Part shown: in pieces, positions 40,031 through 54,210 of the stretch
Layout of the letters: each line of letters starts with the position of its first letter
Numbering within the stretch: position 1 is the first letter of the stretch
NCBI RefSeq assembly: GCF_964194025.1
Contig: NC_134482.1
Span: 38,750,001 to 38,814,000 of the forward strand
Direction: 5' to 3'
DNA from: Convolutriloba macropyga
Taxonomy: Eukaryota
DNA length: 64,000 bases
Notes under the pieces: model-generated
The model's input: only the letters and a program-made list of their open reading frames with translations
Told to the model about the DNA's origin: nothing
Database searches by the model: none
Made by a program: the position numbers and the translations under genes

Positions 40031-40708
40031 ATGTTTACCCATTTTTCATTCATTTATTTAACAAACTTTGTTGTAAAGTTTTTTCAACAATTTTCATATT
40101 ATTCTGTTCAACCGTTGTGTCAAACGTTTTCCCTTTCTTAAATATTGAACGTGATGTTTGCAAGCCATAGCAATTTTAGGATCTTTACCTTTTGTGATCT
40201 TTTTCACCCTCAGTTTAGTGAGTGCATTTTATCTGCACCCCCAACAGCACGTGCAATATTATTGCATAATGATTTACTATTTAATGTCACGTTCTCTCGA
40301 AGAGGGAGGGGCTGCATAACTGAAAACTTATTTCAGCCCAAATTTATTACCTAATATTGCAGACGGTGTAATGTAGTTATTACGTAACAAGTTTGACAAT
40401 CGAATAGCTGCTATCTATATAAATGGGGATATTATTTTTTGGAATTTATTACGGAACTTAATATGGAATTTGTTTCTTATGTGCTGCCTGGGAAATGTTA
40501 ACGACTTCATTCAACGTTACAAAATGGCCACCTGTAATCGATGGACTTGAAACATTATTAGACAATATTTAATTTATAAAGATTAGTATAAGTTATCTCT
40601 TATAGGGCTACAAAAACTTTCACCCATGTAACATGTACGTCAGCTTGTTCACTCATGTATATAGAAACAAACTTTTTTTCTAGAAGTTCGAATTTTTCAA
40701 ATAAATTT

Positions 40709-43700
40709 TTATTGAAGGTAACTTTTGCATGAAATAGCTCCGTCCATAACAACCGAACTTCCGCTCATAAATTCAGCCTCACTCGATGCCATAAAGGTGA
40801 CCAAATTAGCGATCTCTTCTCCTCTGCCTATTTTTTCCATAGGATGAACTTTCCTTATTTTTTCATAAAATTCGTCCGCAAAGTCTTTGGGAAGGCCAGC
40901 GTTGGTACCAAATGACGTCACAACAACTCCTGAGTGGTTGATATTAAGCAATCACTGTATCGGTTTTTTGTCCTCCATTTTTTAAGAGTAAGCAATTATT
41001 TGTTTTACTTTGCAGAAGTGTGCTAGCTGGAAGAATCAAGAAAATTAAGTAGCAATTTATTGTTAAATAGTCAACAGTGATTAAAGTCAACGTTTTTTAT
41101 ACTTAATTTTCTTTTTTCTGAAGCGGAAATCACAGAGATAAATGCTTAAATGGGTTTCTAAAAAGTGTTTTTCGTCAAAAATTTTTTTCATCCTTGCAGA
41201 AATTTTTGTCGGAAAAACCTTCTAAAATACAATAAGCAACACAAAAAATAGAAGAATGAAAACAACTTCAGAAAATAATATTTGAAGAATGTGTCAAAAT
41301 ATCTTCATCTGATATTTTTGTATAATCTTTTATTGAGAAATTTTTGAGAAGGCTAAAACTTTAGCAAACTCTTAAATGTGATTGATCAAATATCGTTTTT
41401 ATTGCAAAGTATCTTGACTTTTTTTAATAATTGGTGTGGAGTTGTAGGTTTTAATTTTTATGTTGCCTGTCTGACTAATCGATGATAGCCGCAAACTCAT
41501 TTTTCAAATGAAAATGGAAACCACAAAAATTTCAAAACTAAAAAATTTTTAAATTAAGTGAACATTTAGTCAAAGACCAGTTGTGTAGATCCTTATGTTG
41601 TTTAGTTGTGCTGCTTGCTTCATGTCAGTTTATACTTTGAAACAAAATCTGAGAATAATATTTTTAGCTTGTTGACTGATCTTTGATATAAAAATTAATT
41701 GCTTGCTTCATTCTGAATATAACGGACAATAGATTTTAAGTACTTAAACATGAATTATTTTTTGCTCTGTGTAAACAACTTGAAAATAAACAAATGTGCT
41801 TGAGGCTTTTTGATAAATCCACGTTTTTCTTTACAAGTTAGTTTTCAATTTGATTTTTTGTCACATTACGAGCATCTACCGGAGAACTAAAGCTACCTCC
41901 AAAGAATGTGACTGGAACCGACTTCCGTTAAATGTGGAAAGAGCTTGAATTTTGTGAAAGTGGTTTCCACAAAGCAATTAAGCACCCCAAAAGGAAAAAT
42001 AGGTTGAAGTAAATTTGAAAAGTACTTACTACGTTCAGCTATAAAGGCATTTCACAAAAATTTACACCTCTTAATCCTTTTGTCATCCATTTTACGATTT
42101 TATCGATTTGATGTTTTGAGATTTCATAAATCAGGGAATATGTTGCAAGTAAGTTTTCACTTTTCATTTCCAGTTTAAAAATAGAGATTACCGACAAGAA
42201 TTTTTCTATAAGGAACAATTGAAAGTATGTTTCACGCGCACGATGCATTACAAAGGAAAAGTGAAATCTGGCAAAAGTCATTGTTAATCCTAGCAAAATC
42301 CGGAAAAGGAATAGCTCAAATTTGTTTTCCTTTTCCCTTCATTTCAAAAAAATTCCAACATTTAAGAAAGCAAGAATTTTCACACTATCAATCTCTATTT
42401 TCTTGAAAATTGAGTTGAAAATTGAGCTAAGATTCAATAATTGGTCAGCCACAAATCGGTCAGCTGCGTGGGCGGACAAATAGCATAGCTCAACCGAACA
42501 GTTGACATCGAAAAGGCTACAATCAAACTTAGCTTTATTTTGGTCAGCCGGCCAAACATTTAAGACACTTTAATGTTTTCTCAAACGTTTCTTCATAAAG
42601 AACTTAACTCGAGCAAGCTCTTTTCATGCCAATTGCATCTCGAACATTCTTTTTTAAGTATAGTTTTAAACCGGGTCATTTTAATTGTTGTAACGTTTCA
42701 GCGCCCGGTACCAAATTAGGGTCCCATTTGTTCCAATTTACCATTTGGTTATATACATTTTATCTTTTTAAACCCAAAAAACGTATTTTAATTTTCCCAA
42801 ATTAATTCCCAAATTTAGTGCAATGGTTATTATAATCAATTTGGCACGTGCGGTGGCTCGTAATTTTTCTTATCCGCTAACTCTTCAAAACTGGTCAGTG
42901 ATTGCTTGTTAGTTTTTCCTGGATTAATATTATTGGCGCGAATCCCATTTTTTCCTTCTTCAAGCGCGATGCATTTCGTGAACATATCTAGGGCCGCTTT
43001 GCTCATGCAATAATAGGCCATATTTTCTATCGGCGTCTGACCCAAAATAGATGAGTTATTAATGATGTTACCCTTCGTTTCCCGAAGATGGGGTATGCAA
43101 AGTTTAGTCAACCGAATAGCCGATTTCAGGTTGACATCAAAAACAGTTTCATAAGTTTCGATTGATTGGTCGGCTATGAAACCAAATATGGTCATTCCTG
43201 CATTGTTGAACAAAACGTCAATTCGACCAAACTTCTCAATGACGTCACTAACTATTTTTTCACATAATCCTTCTTTTCGAAGATCACCTGAAAAATTTAT
43301 GCTGTAGAAATGAATCCCCTTATTTTCATCCCGAATCATTTAATCCCGCATAGCTTAACCCCACATCGTCTAGCCCCCTCTATCATCCATTTAACCCATC
43401 TATCATTTAACCCCTCTATCATATCACACCTCTATCATTGAAAAAACAGGGGTAAAGCGATAGGGGGTTAAATAAATAGGGTAAAGAAGGTTATTATTTA
43501 GAATCATCGTGATTCGCAGTTTTTGAGTTTTCTTGATATTGTTATCAGAAATGTTAGTTAGAGAGCTTTTCATTGGTTTGTTTTCACTGCTGGATTATAA
43601 TTTCTCATAAAGAGGATTGGCAGAATAGAATCTTTCAAGCATCTAAATGTGAAATAGATTAAAAGTACTTAAAATTCCAAGCGTTTCAGTACTTTATTGT

Positions 43701-46700
43701 ACCTGCATTTTAAATAGCTATTAAAAAAGTAAGTGTTAAACGGTTTTTTTTTCATTGACACTATAAACAGATTGAAATGCTTCAGTTGCAGCTAGCACTA
43801 TTCAGAATGCGAATTCAACTAGACATTCGTCAAAAGTTTCTTCGGTTACAATCAAATTTTTTAAAATTATTATTTTATATTTTTTTAATTTCTCTAAATC
43901 AAGAGCACTATTTCTATTCCAACAGATTGTAATAATTATGAAAAATTGAAATGTAACTACTGCAAAGCAAAAATATCTTAAACTGGTTAGAAATGAAGAT
44001 TGAAAAAACGCTAAACAAAATGCGAACATTTTTGAGAATGATCATTTTTTCACTAAAATAATCAGGTTTAAATCATCTTTAAGTCTTTTCGATTGATACC
44101 TCATACTTGATTGAGAACAAAGAAAATCAGTTAGGTTATAAATGACATCAGAAGTTATATCTTTTAGGATCTCACCAGTAACTCCTAGGACAATATTTTG
44201 GGTGTTTTGATTAGAAAAGATTGTTCAAATTACTATAATGCAAACCCTAAGTTCTGCGGAAACTTTTACTGATTAAGCTCTTCAAGCGGCCGATTTATGA
44301 GGCAGATCTGCCGCGGTTGAAAATTTAATGCTTTATGAAAAATGAAGGGGTAGTTTTGGCTGATTTTACAAATAAATCATGTCTTCTATATTTCCGATTT
44401 CTTTTTGAGCAATTTGACTTTTCTTAGGTGATTATACTTGATACAATGACCTCTGAACTACTGTACCCTACTTATCTTTTGTAGGATACAAAATTTTAGA
44501 GGTCATTGTATCCTTCACCTTAGTCGAGACCGGATCATTATCTTGCAGGAATCTGTCAGATTTTGGCAGATAAATTATTAGCTTTCAAAACATGGGAGAA
44601 AAGTTCCTGCATCTGCCAAAAAATGGTTATCTGGCTCAATCTGCCAGAACAATGGCTATCGTGCGAATTTGGTTAGAAGGCGGAAAAGTGGTTATCTTGG
44701 ATGAGTCTCATAGAATTTTTTTTAAAAAAAATTAGAATTGAGCTTCATTATAATTAGCTGTTAATATCTAAGCTGCTCCTTTTGTGTTTTGATGAAATTA
44801 TATGCAGTAAAGTTGCTTTTTTATTGAATAAAAGAGCACAAAATGCTTACCAATGCTCGATAAAAAGTTGCTCGATATGATGATTTACGCAGAAATTTTT
44901 TAAAAATTGTTCATGTGGGTAATTTGCGCATAGTGTACACTGTACGCTTTTTCATTTTAAAAATTGCTATTTGTTTTTTAAAACGGATCACAGGCGAATT
45001 TTTTTTGGCTCTCAAACACCAAATATTCAAGCTATTTAACTCATTGCATCGTCTTTATTAAATTTGAACACAAGGTTTATTCGAATATTGCGAGGGTGAA
45101 GTAAAAGCGTTATGATACAGTACTATATTAAATCAGATAATCGGATTCCATAATCTGGTTGGTTATCTGGTAGGAATCTGGCAAAAAATTGGCAATTTTT
45201 TAATAATCCAATAGAAAACTGACTATTATGCATGAATCTTGCGGAAAATTGTGCCAGAATAGGCATCGTCTTGTGAGAATCTGCGAGAATTTGCCAGATT
45301 CCTACTAAATAAGCATCTTCTCTCGATTAGAGTGAATTTCATCATTATGAACCGGCCAAACATTTCCTGCTACACGAGAGCTGATGATTTTATGATCGCG
45401 TTTGGTAAACTTTTTAACGGGTAAGAGCAGATTTCGATCATAAATTTTGTTCAGCTTTTTCAAATTGCGGTGGATCAAAATAGTGTCAAAACAACATGAA
45501 TCCGCATAATATTATCAAAAGTTTGATATATAATCTTACTATTTGAATTAATTTGTCCCTCACTTTTCTTTGACTCCATCGTGCAAACGCTGTTGAACAA
45601 TCACGTGAATTCAACATCTTGTTGAACCCTTATCTTCGTTCCCAAAAGTTTCAGATATAACTGCAGAATTTTTTATGGAAATAAATCGTGAATCCGAGAA
45701 ACGTTTGGTATCATGAGACAAGATTAAAAGCGCTTCAATGATATATATGATTTTTCTTCTCTCAGTTTTAACGTTGACTGTTCTTTTGCTTGTTTTTAAC
45801 CACTTTTCCACCAATACATTAATTAAAGATTTGATCTCCAGATCTGGGTAAAAGATAAACTTGAAAAATAAATGTTTTTTTTTCTCATATGGTTTACTTT
45901 GATTGACCTCTGGCCTCTGTTTTTGCATTTTGATTTAGCACAAAGGTTGACACAAACTACCAATTCGTTGGCATTCAACTTCATCATTAGCATTCGATAT
46001 CTTTTTCAGTTAATTTTGATAGTTAATATTTAACCACGCAAAAGATAAGAATATAAAAAATCGGCAAAATCAAATGATCCTTTGACAGAGCTTTTATCTT
46101 TAGCAACAAAAAAATTAGGAAATATGGTTGACTTTCTTTTGTTTATATTAAGCAAACAGCTATCGTAGATAGATTCACAAAATCTCGGCTCTATAAAATT
46201 TACGTTATCTTGGAAAATTCATAAGCAATTTAGAAGAGATTCTTTTTAAGCGTAATTATTTTTTGCTTCATGAAAAAAAAGAGAGAACTCGGAAAATTTC
46301 ATCCGTTTTTGTTATTGACGGTAACCAAAATTGAAATATGTGTGATAGATTTTTTCTATAACAAGTATAATTAAACTTAAAATCGTTGATAATTACTGAC
46401 TGAAAATTCAATAAAGAACTCAAAATTTTTTTAGCTGACTTTGTGTACAAAAAGATAAAAAAAAACTGTTTTTATAAACGGTTTTTGTTATAGTAAAAGC
46501 TTTCATTATTAGGACAAATTTTTAAAAAGGTGAGAATTGAAAGGTCTATCTATAGAGTTCCGTGTAAGAGGTCCGTTCGCTCGTTATACAAACATTGGTT
46601 GAGATTCGCTACGGTAAAACCATGCTGTACATTCAATATATTGACATCAAAAAAAATTATGATCATTTAAAAAAGCCAGTATTGAGCATTAATGTTTCTT

Positions 46701-47608
46701 TTCTGATTTTCAGTGACGCTTAGCTCCGGAAACCAACTTAACCTAGACCACCTTTGTTTTGCAGAAATTATATTCTCTCAAGGGCATTCTACGATTCAGT
46801 TAGTAAATACTAGAACTGATGAGGATCATTTTTGTTCATTTCATGACTAGAAGTTACACCCAAAATGCAAAATTTCAAGACTTTTGTTTTCTCTGAGCCG
46901 AGAGCAAAATTATTTTTTTATCAGCCCCATTTATCAGCTCTAAGTGAAAAGTAATTCATATTTTATTTTTTTTTGTGCTATTATGTGCTGCTAACCAACT
47001 GTTCTTTTTTGAAGAATGGAATCAAGTAGTTTTATGTTTTTTTCAAAAGATCTATAGAATGCATTAAGGAGACCGTGTAGTGATTGCTTGCAAACCTGAT
47101 TCAAATTAAAACCAACTATGATTTGTATTTTCTCAATAAAACGTTATTTTTGAGTGGTTGCAAGATTTTTGAAGAAAATTTTACAGGACAATGCAAGACA
47201 ATGTTGCAATTTTGAAAAATTCAGTCAGGATCTTGCGAGATATTTTTTCTTTACCTAGAAGTCGAGTATAGTAAATTCAGTTTTTAAGACAAGTCCCTTC
47301 TTAAATGGTAATTCTAAATGCTTTTGCTAGAATAGACAACTCAAACATTGAAATGATTTATAACAACGCCAGCCATTAAAACAGTTTTTTGGAACCCTAA
47401 AACTTTGCAAGCCTTTCACTAATAAAACTTCAGCATCTTTGTTCACTGCTAGACAATCTTGTTTTGTCTTTTCCAATCCGTCTGTATTGCGACCATTGAG
47501 ACATAGTTTTGTGATTCCCTTTTCCACAAATTTCACAGCCGTGTCTTGTCCTATCCCAGAACTGGCTCCAGTTATAATCACCACTTTCTCATCAGAGAAC
47601 AGTTTCAT
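40709..47608 (-). CDS. Classical short-chain dehydrogenase/reductase (FabG-like), paralog 1; exons 47608-47413, 43287-42919, 40929-40709; 261 aa
   Basis: TGASSGIG, NNAG, catalytic S and YCMSK, NPG.V.T, P..KIG, G....DG; GRN after beta-2 suggests NADP(H) preference; introns GC-AG (4125 nt) and GA-AG (1989 nt). Confidence 0.9.
44440..44512. other. 73-nt near-perfect hairpin in SDR-1 intron 1
   Basis: gatacaatgacctct/agaggtcattgtatc 15-bp perfect stem extending to ~32 bp with a 9-nt loop. Confidence 0.7.
44518..45332. mobile_element. Diverged MITE-like element with CC(C)TAGTCGAGA-like ends
   Basis: ccttagtcgaga ... tctcgattagag; recurrent aatctg(c/g)cag motifs near both ends; no TSD seen. Confidence 0.45.
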
Positions 47609-47689
47609 GACGATAAGGGTCGTTTAAAGGAAAATATTCAATTTATAACTTAAACTTAACTTCGAAATTATTTAACTTCAAAATGCGTT

Positions 47690-47730
47690 TCAAAGGTCTA
47701 ATTGAACAAATCGCAAGTTAGAAAGGAGCA
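47690..47730 (-). promoter_or_regulatory. Non-coding block conserved upstream of both SDR paralogs (partner ~58960-58998)
   Basis: aaaggtctaattgaacaaatcgcaagttagaaaggagcag vs aaagttcaatttgaacaatgctcaagttagaagagcag, both ~70-120 nt upstream of the ATG. Confidence 0.5.
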
Positions 47731-50700
47731 GTACCGTTTAAAGTAAACTCAAATTACCTCCATCAATAGTAACGCCGCTGTAATGAATGGTGGGACTGTT
47801 ACTGAATTTCAAATATAGATTCACCTTGAAATTTACTTCAAAGAAAGCTTTATGTTTCAGAAACAAATATATTGTATAAGATCAACAAACATTGAACGAA
47901 TAACGCCATGTATCAAGGCAATGGTTTTCGAGCTTCTTGCAAGTTTGTTCAGATTGAACTCAAATGTAATAATTGTGCAATTCAACCTAAAATTTAAAAA
48001 ATTAAGGTAAAAAGCAGGCGGGAATTAGTTGATCAATTACTTTTTCACATAAAGTAAGGTGACCTAATTTTCCAAAACTATTTTTTAAAATATATATCAA
48101 CCCAAGAGATCATTGCACTTGGGTTAGTAAAAGCTGCAATTAACTGCCCTCAGGGCTTAGAACTATCTATCTACGTGTCAGGGCTTAAATTCAGCCGTAA
48201 TGCAAATTAATGGAGACCAATTTCGGCCTCTCAATAATGAATTGTCTTAAAGATTTACATCTCCTTTAACTTTTAGGATCTCCTTTACCTTTTTACTATA
48301 TCTTTTAAGGGTCTTCTGTAGATATCAGCATTATGCTCACAGTAATTAAACTACACATCATTCATCTTATACCTCATTTTTTTCTTTTATGCATTAGTGG
48401 TCAGTACAAACCCTCAAATGGGGCATAATTGTATGTGACATACAATGTGACATAAGTGGATTTCACACGCAACACTGAAAACTTTAAATCTGTGGAAAAC
48501 TCTTACTTTCACTAAATTGGCTCGGACTGATTTTTTTCAGGAAATAATTCAGTCTTGTCCACAAACGCGTTTGGTTAATTCATCGAAGGATTAGTCTCAG
48601 TGTTTTTCAAAGGCCAGTGTAATTATATCTTACGATTTGAGTAATAATATTTCGTGATTGGCCTAAATCAGAACTATTTACCCGTGATTATATAAATGAA
48701 TCTCAATAATAATAGAATAATAGAGGGGATATTTGGGCAACTAATCATTGATTATAGATTTAAGTGAATCAGAAAAATTGGAATTCAAGAAAATAAAATT
48801 GCTTCTTCAGGCTTTGTAAAATCAACTGGCAAATTTCAGTATTGTCCTCGAATGGACCCTAAGAGCCTTTTGTGGACAACAATCGGAAATTAGTGTCAGC
48901 GGAGCTCAAGTTTTCGTAGCTGAAATCCATTGCTCTAAAGGAAGCGAGAAATTGAACAAAATTAAGGAGTCTGTCTTCACAAATAATTTGGTTTCAATCA
49001 AAAATTTTCTCTGTTGCTACTTATTTAAATATCTGTTTCATGCAAAAATTGAAAAAACATATCCTATGGTGACCAAACAAATCTTACTCAAGTTAGAACT
49101 TTCAGATGCATCGATACAGGGAAATATATTCTTGCAAGATCTTGTAAAAAGTTGTTTCTCTTCTAGGATCTTGCAAGATAAACTTTTTGTCAATTAGGGT
49201 AGCTCTCTGCAGTTTGTTTATTTTTTGTTCATCACTACTTGCTGTGTGTGAAAACCATTTTTTAGGTTTTCGGAACAGAAAAGCAAGGCTCATTAGCTGC
49301 ATTTGTAGAGAGTTGGCTGTAAAACTGGGCTACATGTGCAAATTTTCGACAATTTTGGCAGAAACCGTTCTTGCTCAATTGTTTTGTAAACAAAAAACGT
49401 TTCTCTTCAGTATAAGCTTGTCTTTATGACATCAATAATGATCTGTGCGTTTGAGAGTCAAAAAAGTGCAAAAAATAGAAACACAGAAGATAAATAAGGA
49501 TCAACTGAATTCGTTTGTATTGTTTCAGTAAAAAGGTACAACAATGCGAGTTTCTCATCCGTAACATTTGAAAAAATTTAAAAATGACGTGATTTATTAT
49601 CGTAATTTTCACACCAAAATAAAAATAAAAAATTCAATTTTTCTCAATATTTATTCTGCTTTTCATTACCTGTTGGTATCAGCCATAATTTTGAGACTTT
49701 GAGAACTGACACTCCTAATTGACACAATTTGTTAGTTATCTACCTTCGCTGGTCAGTGGAGTGGTTCTAAATACAAAAAGAGCTTTTTGTCACCGCCTAT
49801 ATAAAACTTCAAACTTTCAATCTTCAAAAGCTCGGACAATTTCTGAAGACCTTTTAGCTCCAGAGATAAAACCATTTGATGTTTTTAGATACCCAGTGTT
49901 CAGTAATTTTTTGTGTATATCGTAATCTGTTACAACTAAGAAAACAGGTGTTCTTAATTCAACCTTTCCGATAGGAACTTAAATTATCAATTACATGTTC
50001 ATCCAGAATATAGTCCAAAATAAAGCTTTATCAAGGCTTTAGGATTTGGTTTTGTCGTCTGTGGTTATAAATCAAGTCAAAAAGCTCTTCGATTGCTTAG
50101 GAAACCATTCACACTCGGGTGTTCGCTTTATGGCTGAATTAGCATCTCCTAAAATTAATTATTCATTTTTAATACTTTTGAACTTGGTCTCAGTTGATTG
50201 TGTTCATCAACTAGAAATTTTTTGCTGTCTGTGACAAAGTTCTCATCAACTGTTTAAAATCTATTGATCCGTCGGATCTTTTGCATTTGTGCGTTTGTGT
50301 CCCCCCAGCTAAGTGGGTGCATTGCACCCCCCATACGCACGTTCCATTTTTTACATGCGAATCACTATGTGATGGCACGTGCTCTTTAACTGTGAAGAGG
50401 CTAACGTACTGGGGCGAGGGGTCCATTGGATTCTGAATTTTTTCACCTTCCTAAGTAGACAAACCAAAACAGTTTTAGGGTATTGTTAAACTTTTTTCGC
50501 CGCATCATATGCAAATTTTTTGTAGTAGAGGAAAATTTATTGTCACGTCCAGTTGTTCAGGTTGACCTGCAAATTTTATCGCTTCAACAAGAGTCTACTT
50601 TTATTTAAAATTATCGTTCTTTCTGGGGAGGAAAAACAACAGCTGTCAGTCAAATAAAAACTTTTTTGCTGTACAAAATGGCGGTGCATCTAAGTTGTCA

Positions 50701-53700
50701 TAATCATGAAAAGATAATGAGGCAAAAGTAAGAATGCTTTTTTGAATGGTGTTTTAAAAACTGTTCTGTTAAATTTATCTCTCTTTCTGTTAAAGAAATC
50801 TGCTATTTTAACATCAATCAACATTCTGAGAAATTTGTATCGTGGTTGGTTGATTTCTTTCTCATTAACTTTACAACCAAAGAACGGCATTCAGCCATCA
50901 AATCTTTTAACACTCTGTTTTTTTTTATCGTCAAGACCTCAATACTTTTTAATCGAGCAGCAGACACTGGCACTTTTCGAAATATTTTGTCAGGTGTTTC
51001 ATTTTTTTCTCGTAAAGGTGTACGAAGAATGTTAGTGAAAAATTTTCAGCTGTTTTATACTATTGTGTTTAATTTTTTTGATAGCCATATCAACTGAAAA
51101 GAGTTTGAGAAAGTTTATTGATTTAACGGTTTTCTTTTGCAAATCTTAGTAGTGCAATATTTTTGCCCATGTTCCATGTTAAATAGAATCGACAAGCCAG
51201 CAGACGTCCATTGTCGAAGACAAAATCAACTATTGCGTTTTTTTTGTTATTCCGAGATGTTGATGATCAAAGTTTATAAAGAGAGACAGTCGAGGACTAC
51301 ACGGAAACTTCTCAGCAAAATTCAATCACAGTTTCACCATGAAATGCTCTTATTGGCAAACCCTGTGTCAAATCCCCCCCCCCCCCCCCGATTACCCAAT
51401 GGGGGTAAACCCGGGTTGAAGTTTCCTTGATTTTATACAAGGTTCATAGTTCATATATCATTTCATACTGTTCATACTTGATTTCTTAGTACGACCTTTG
51501 TATGAAACCAAAGAAATCATAGATGACCCTAGTAGAATACCAAAAATCATACGTCTATTTTTCATAAACTTTAATATTTTTTTGATTTTGTTGCGTAAGA
51601 CATCACCTATATGATTCCCCGGCATTAATTTTTGATCCGCCAGAAGCCCTAACGTACAATTTTATTTGCAAAGTTGAACACTAAATTTAAGAGTAAGTTC
51701 ATACCGATAGCTAAAGTATTGATGTTCTCTGAAGCATGTTCATACCTAAAAATGCCTATTTATAAAAAACATTTGTAAAAAGTTTCTTTTTTCATTTAAC
51801 CTCAATTTCGTTTGTTGAATATGTTTAAATTGCAGAGTATTTCTTTTAGCGCACACAAAGAATCAATTGTGGATTGCAAATGAATTTTAAATGGGATTGT
51901 AATTTTAGAAGGGTAGAACGACGTAAGATAAGGGAGGAAGGGGAAAGGGTGAGTAGAATCATAAAGATGGACTGTCAATAAATAGTCAAGCATTGATATT
52001 TTGGAGGCTAAGGAGAAGCGGCTGAAAGGACAGAGGTTGCGGGTTCAAGACTGTCAGTTTTTGAGTATGTGGGCTATAGCAATATAAGATTAGCGCTTTC
52101 AAGGGGTCTACCCCAATTACCCCCTACTCGTGCATCATTTTACCGCCCACCTCCCCCCAAAAGAAAAAATTATCCCTACTTTTAAACCATCCCACCATTT
52201 AACCCCCATTACCGCACAAAAAGATTTATGAGTGATTCCATACTTTTTCGATTTACTTTTTTGGATCTCTACTTCGTTCCTTCATATTTGTTTTCACCAA
52301 TTTAATGTATCTAAACTTGTTGTCCTGAGCTCTCTTACTTAAATGTATAGCTAGGTTGTTACATTCCATTTTTTCTCAGCACGCGATATCAATTAATGTA
52401 CCTCGTTCAATTCTTTGATTAAGTTTTTTATTTTGTTTAAATATGAGAAACGTTTACAGATTCTCTCTGGGGTTTCAGAATTGCAAATTAAATGCCAAAA
52501 ATTCTGGCTCTTTTCGATCACTGTCTACATTCTTTTCGACAAAAAGTGACCAAAGTTCAGAAGTATTCTTTAACCTTGTACAATTCCACGTCTTCTAAAA
52601 GTGAAGTATCATGGACATCATCTTTAATATCCTGTAACAAAATTCTTGACAAAAAAGAATTGTTCCAAAAAATTTTTCAAAAAGGAGGAAAGTATATGTA
52701 ATGCTGGTAATTATATTAAATTTGAAAAACAGGAAAGTATTTAAAATATCGAACGAAAAACTGAAAATAAAAAAGATTACTAGGGGGAGAAATAGTGTTG
52801 AAATTTAAAAAAAAACAAAAGGAAAAAATTTTTGTTGTAATTTTTTTCCGTTTTTTCGTTTTCTCGTAATGAAAAACTGCTGTAATAACCAGTGGTTCTC
52901 TTTATCGTTTAGATTTTGTGGAAAATAGAGGACCCGAGATCTCACAATAGCAAAGATATTACCTTTGCAAATGTAAAACTTAAGAAAAATATAGAACTGC
53001 ATTCTTTTCTGAAGTCTAGAGTATTCAGTATCTGCAAAAATTTGACGTTCAAAAAGACATCATTCCACCAAAATTATTATTGAAAACTGAAGATGAAATT
53101 ATTCTATTATCTTTTTATAAACCTTATTTTGTCAGAGCAGATGTTTTGATTTAACCACCTCTAGTGTAATGCAATTGAGAAGATTTTGAGTTTGAGAGTT
53201 TATTGATTAACATTTTGTAGAACGTAATACAAATGTTCATTTTCAAAAAACACTAGAAGAAAATTTTTCTTCTTTTTTTCCGTATAATGCAATGGGTGTT
53301 TAAATTGGTCTTTTCCCCGACTCTGGGCGTTCTTTCAAGAAGAAAACCTAAATATTTTACTGATTATGAAAGTTTTTGCATGCAAAACTAAAGGTGTTTT
53401 TGAATGAGAATTTTTTTAAACTCAATTATAAATTACTAAAATTTTCACTTTATTTAACTACGCCGAAAATTGAAAATGCCAAAATCAGAATTTACTGAGA
53501 AGCAATTTTCTTCATTACTGCTAAATATGAGCGTTTGAGGACAGTTTTAATCATGCGCTTATTTGTTAGAAATAATTAGGGCCAGAGTGCAAAAACTGTC
53601 AGAAGTCTTAAAAAAAATTTTAAAAAAACTTTATAATTCCTACAAATTTTGGTTTTTTGAATATTTTCAAAAAGTGTTTTCTGAAGTCTAGCTCTGAACA

Positions 53701-53956
53701 CGTCTGCAGGAATTGGAAAAAAGGAAGTGGACCATTATAATCAAGAAACAACAAAAATTACAAAAAAGTAAAAAAAACTCCCTGTCAAAAATTAGTGTCG
53801 AATTTACTATTACCAAAACAATTACCTCAAGAAATCCACTCTTGGTTTTCCAGATAAAACAAACCAGACATTAATGAATGATGCGAACATGAGTAAAGAT
53901 CAGCTCCTGTAATGAAAAATACAAAAAATGCTTTTTATTTCTGCCGGGCTTTTTAT

Positions 53957-53985
53957 TTGTGTGTTTGTGTTTGTGTTTGTTTTTG

Positions 53986-54042
<57 letters not shown>

Positions 54043-54139
54043 ATGCACATGCATGCAGGGGTGTTTTTATGTGATTGTGCGTGTCTATATAAATTGTGTT
54101 GTATGTGTGTGTGTGTGTAAGAGTGAGAAAGAGGGAGAT

Positions 54140-54177
<38 letters not shown>

Positions 54178-54210
54178 AGAAAGAGATAGATAGAGTTATC
54201 TGAGAGAGGT
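53957..54210. repeat. Compound microsatellite: TG-rich, (CT)n, TG-rich, (GA)n
   Basis: Directly visible dinucleotide tracts. Confidence 0.95.

Noticed and set aside
43288-47412. End pairing in SDR intron 1 (both paralogs)
   Set aside because: Only weak A/U-rich pairing with the pyrimidine tract in paralog 1 and none in paralog 2
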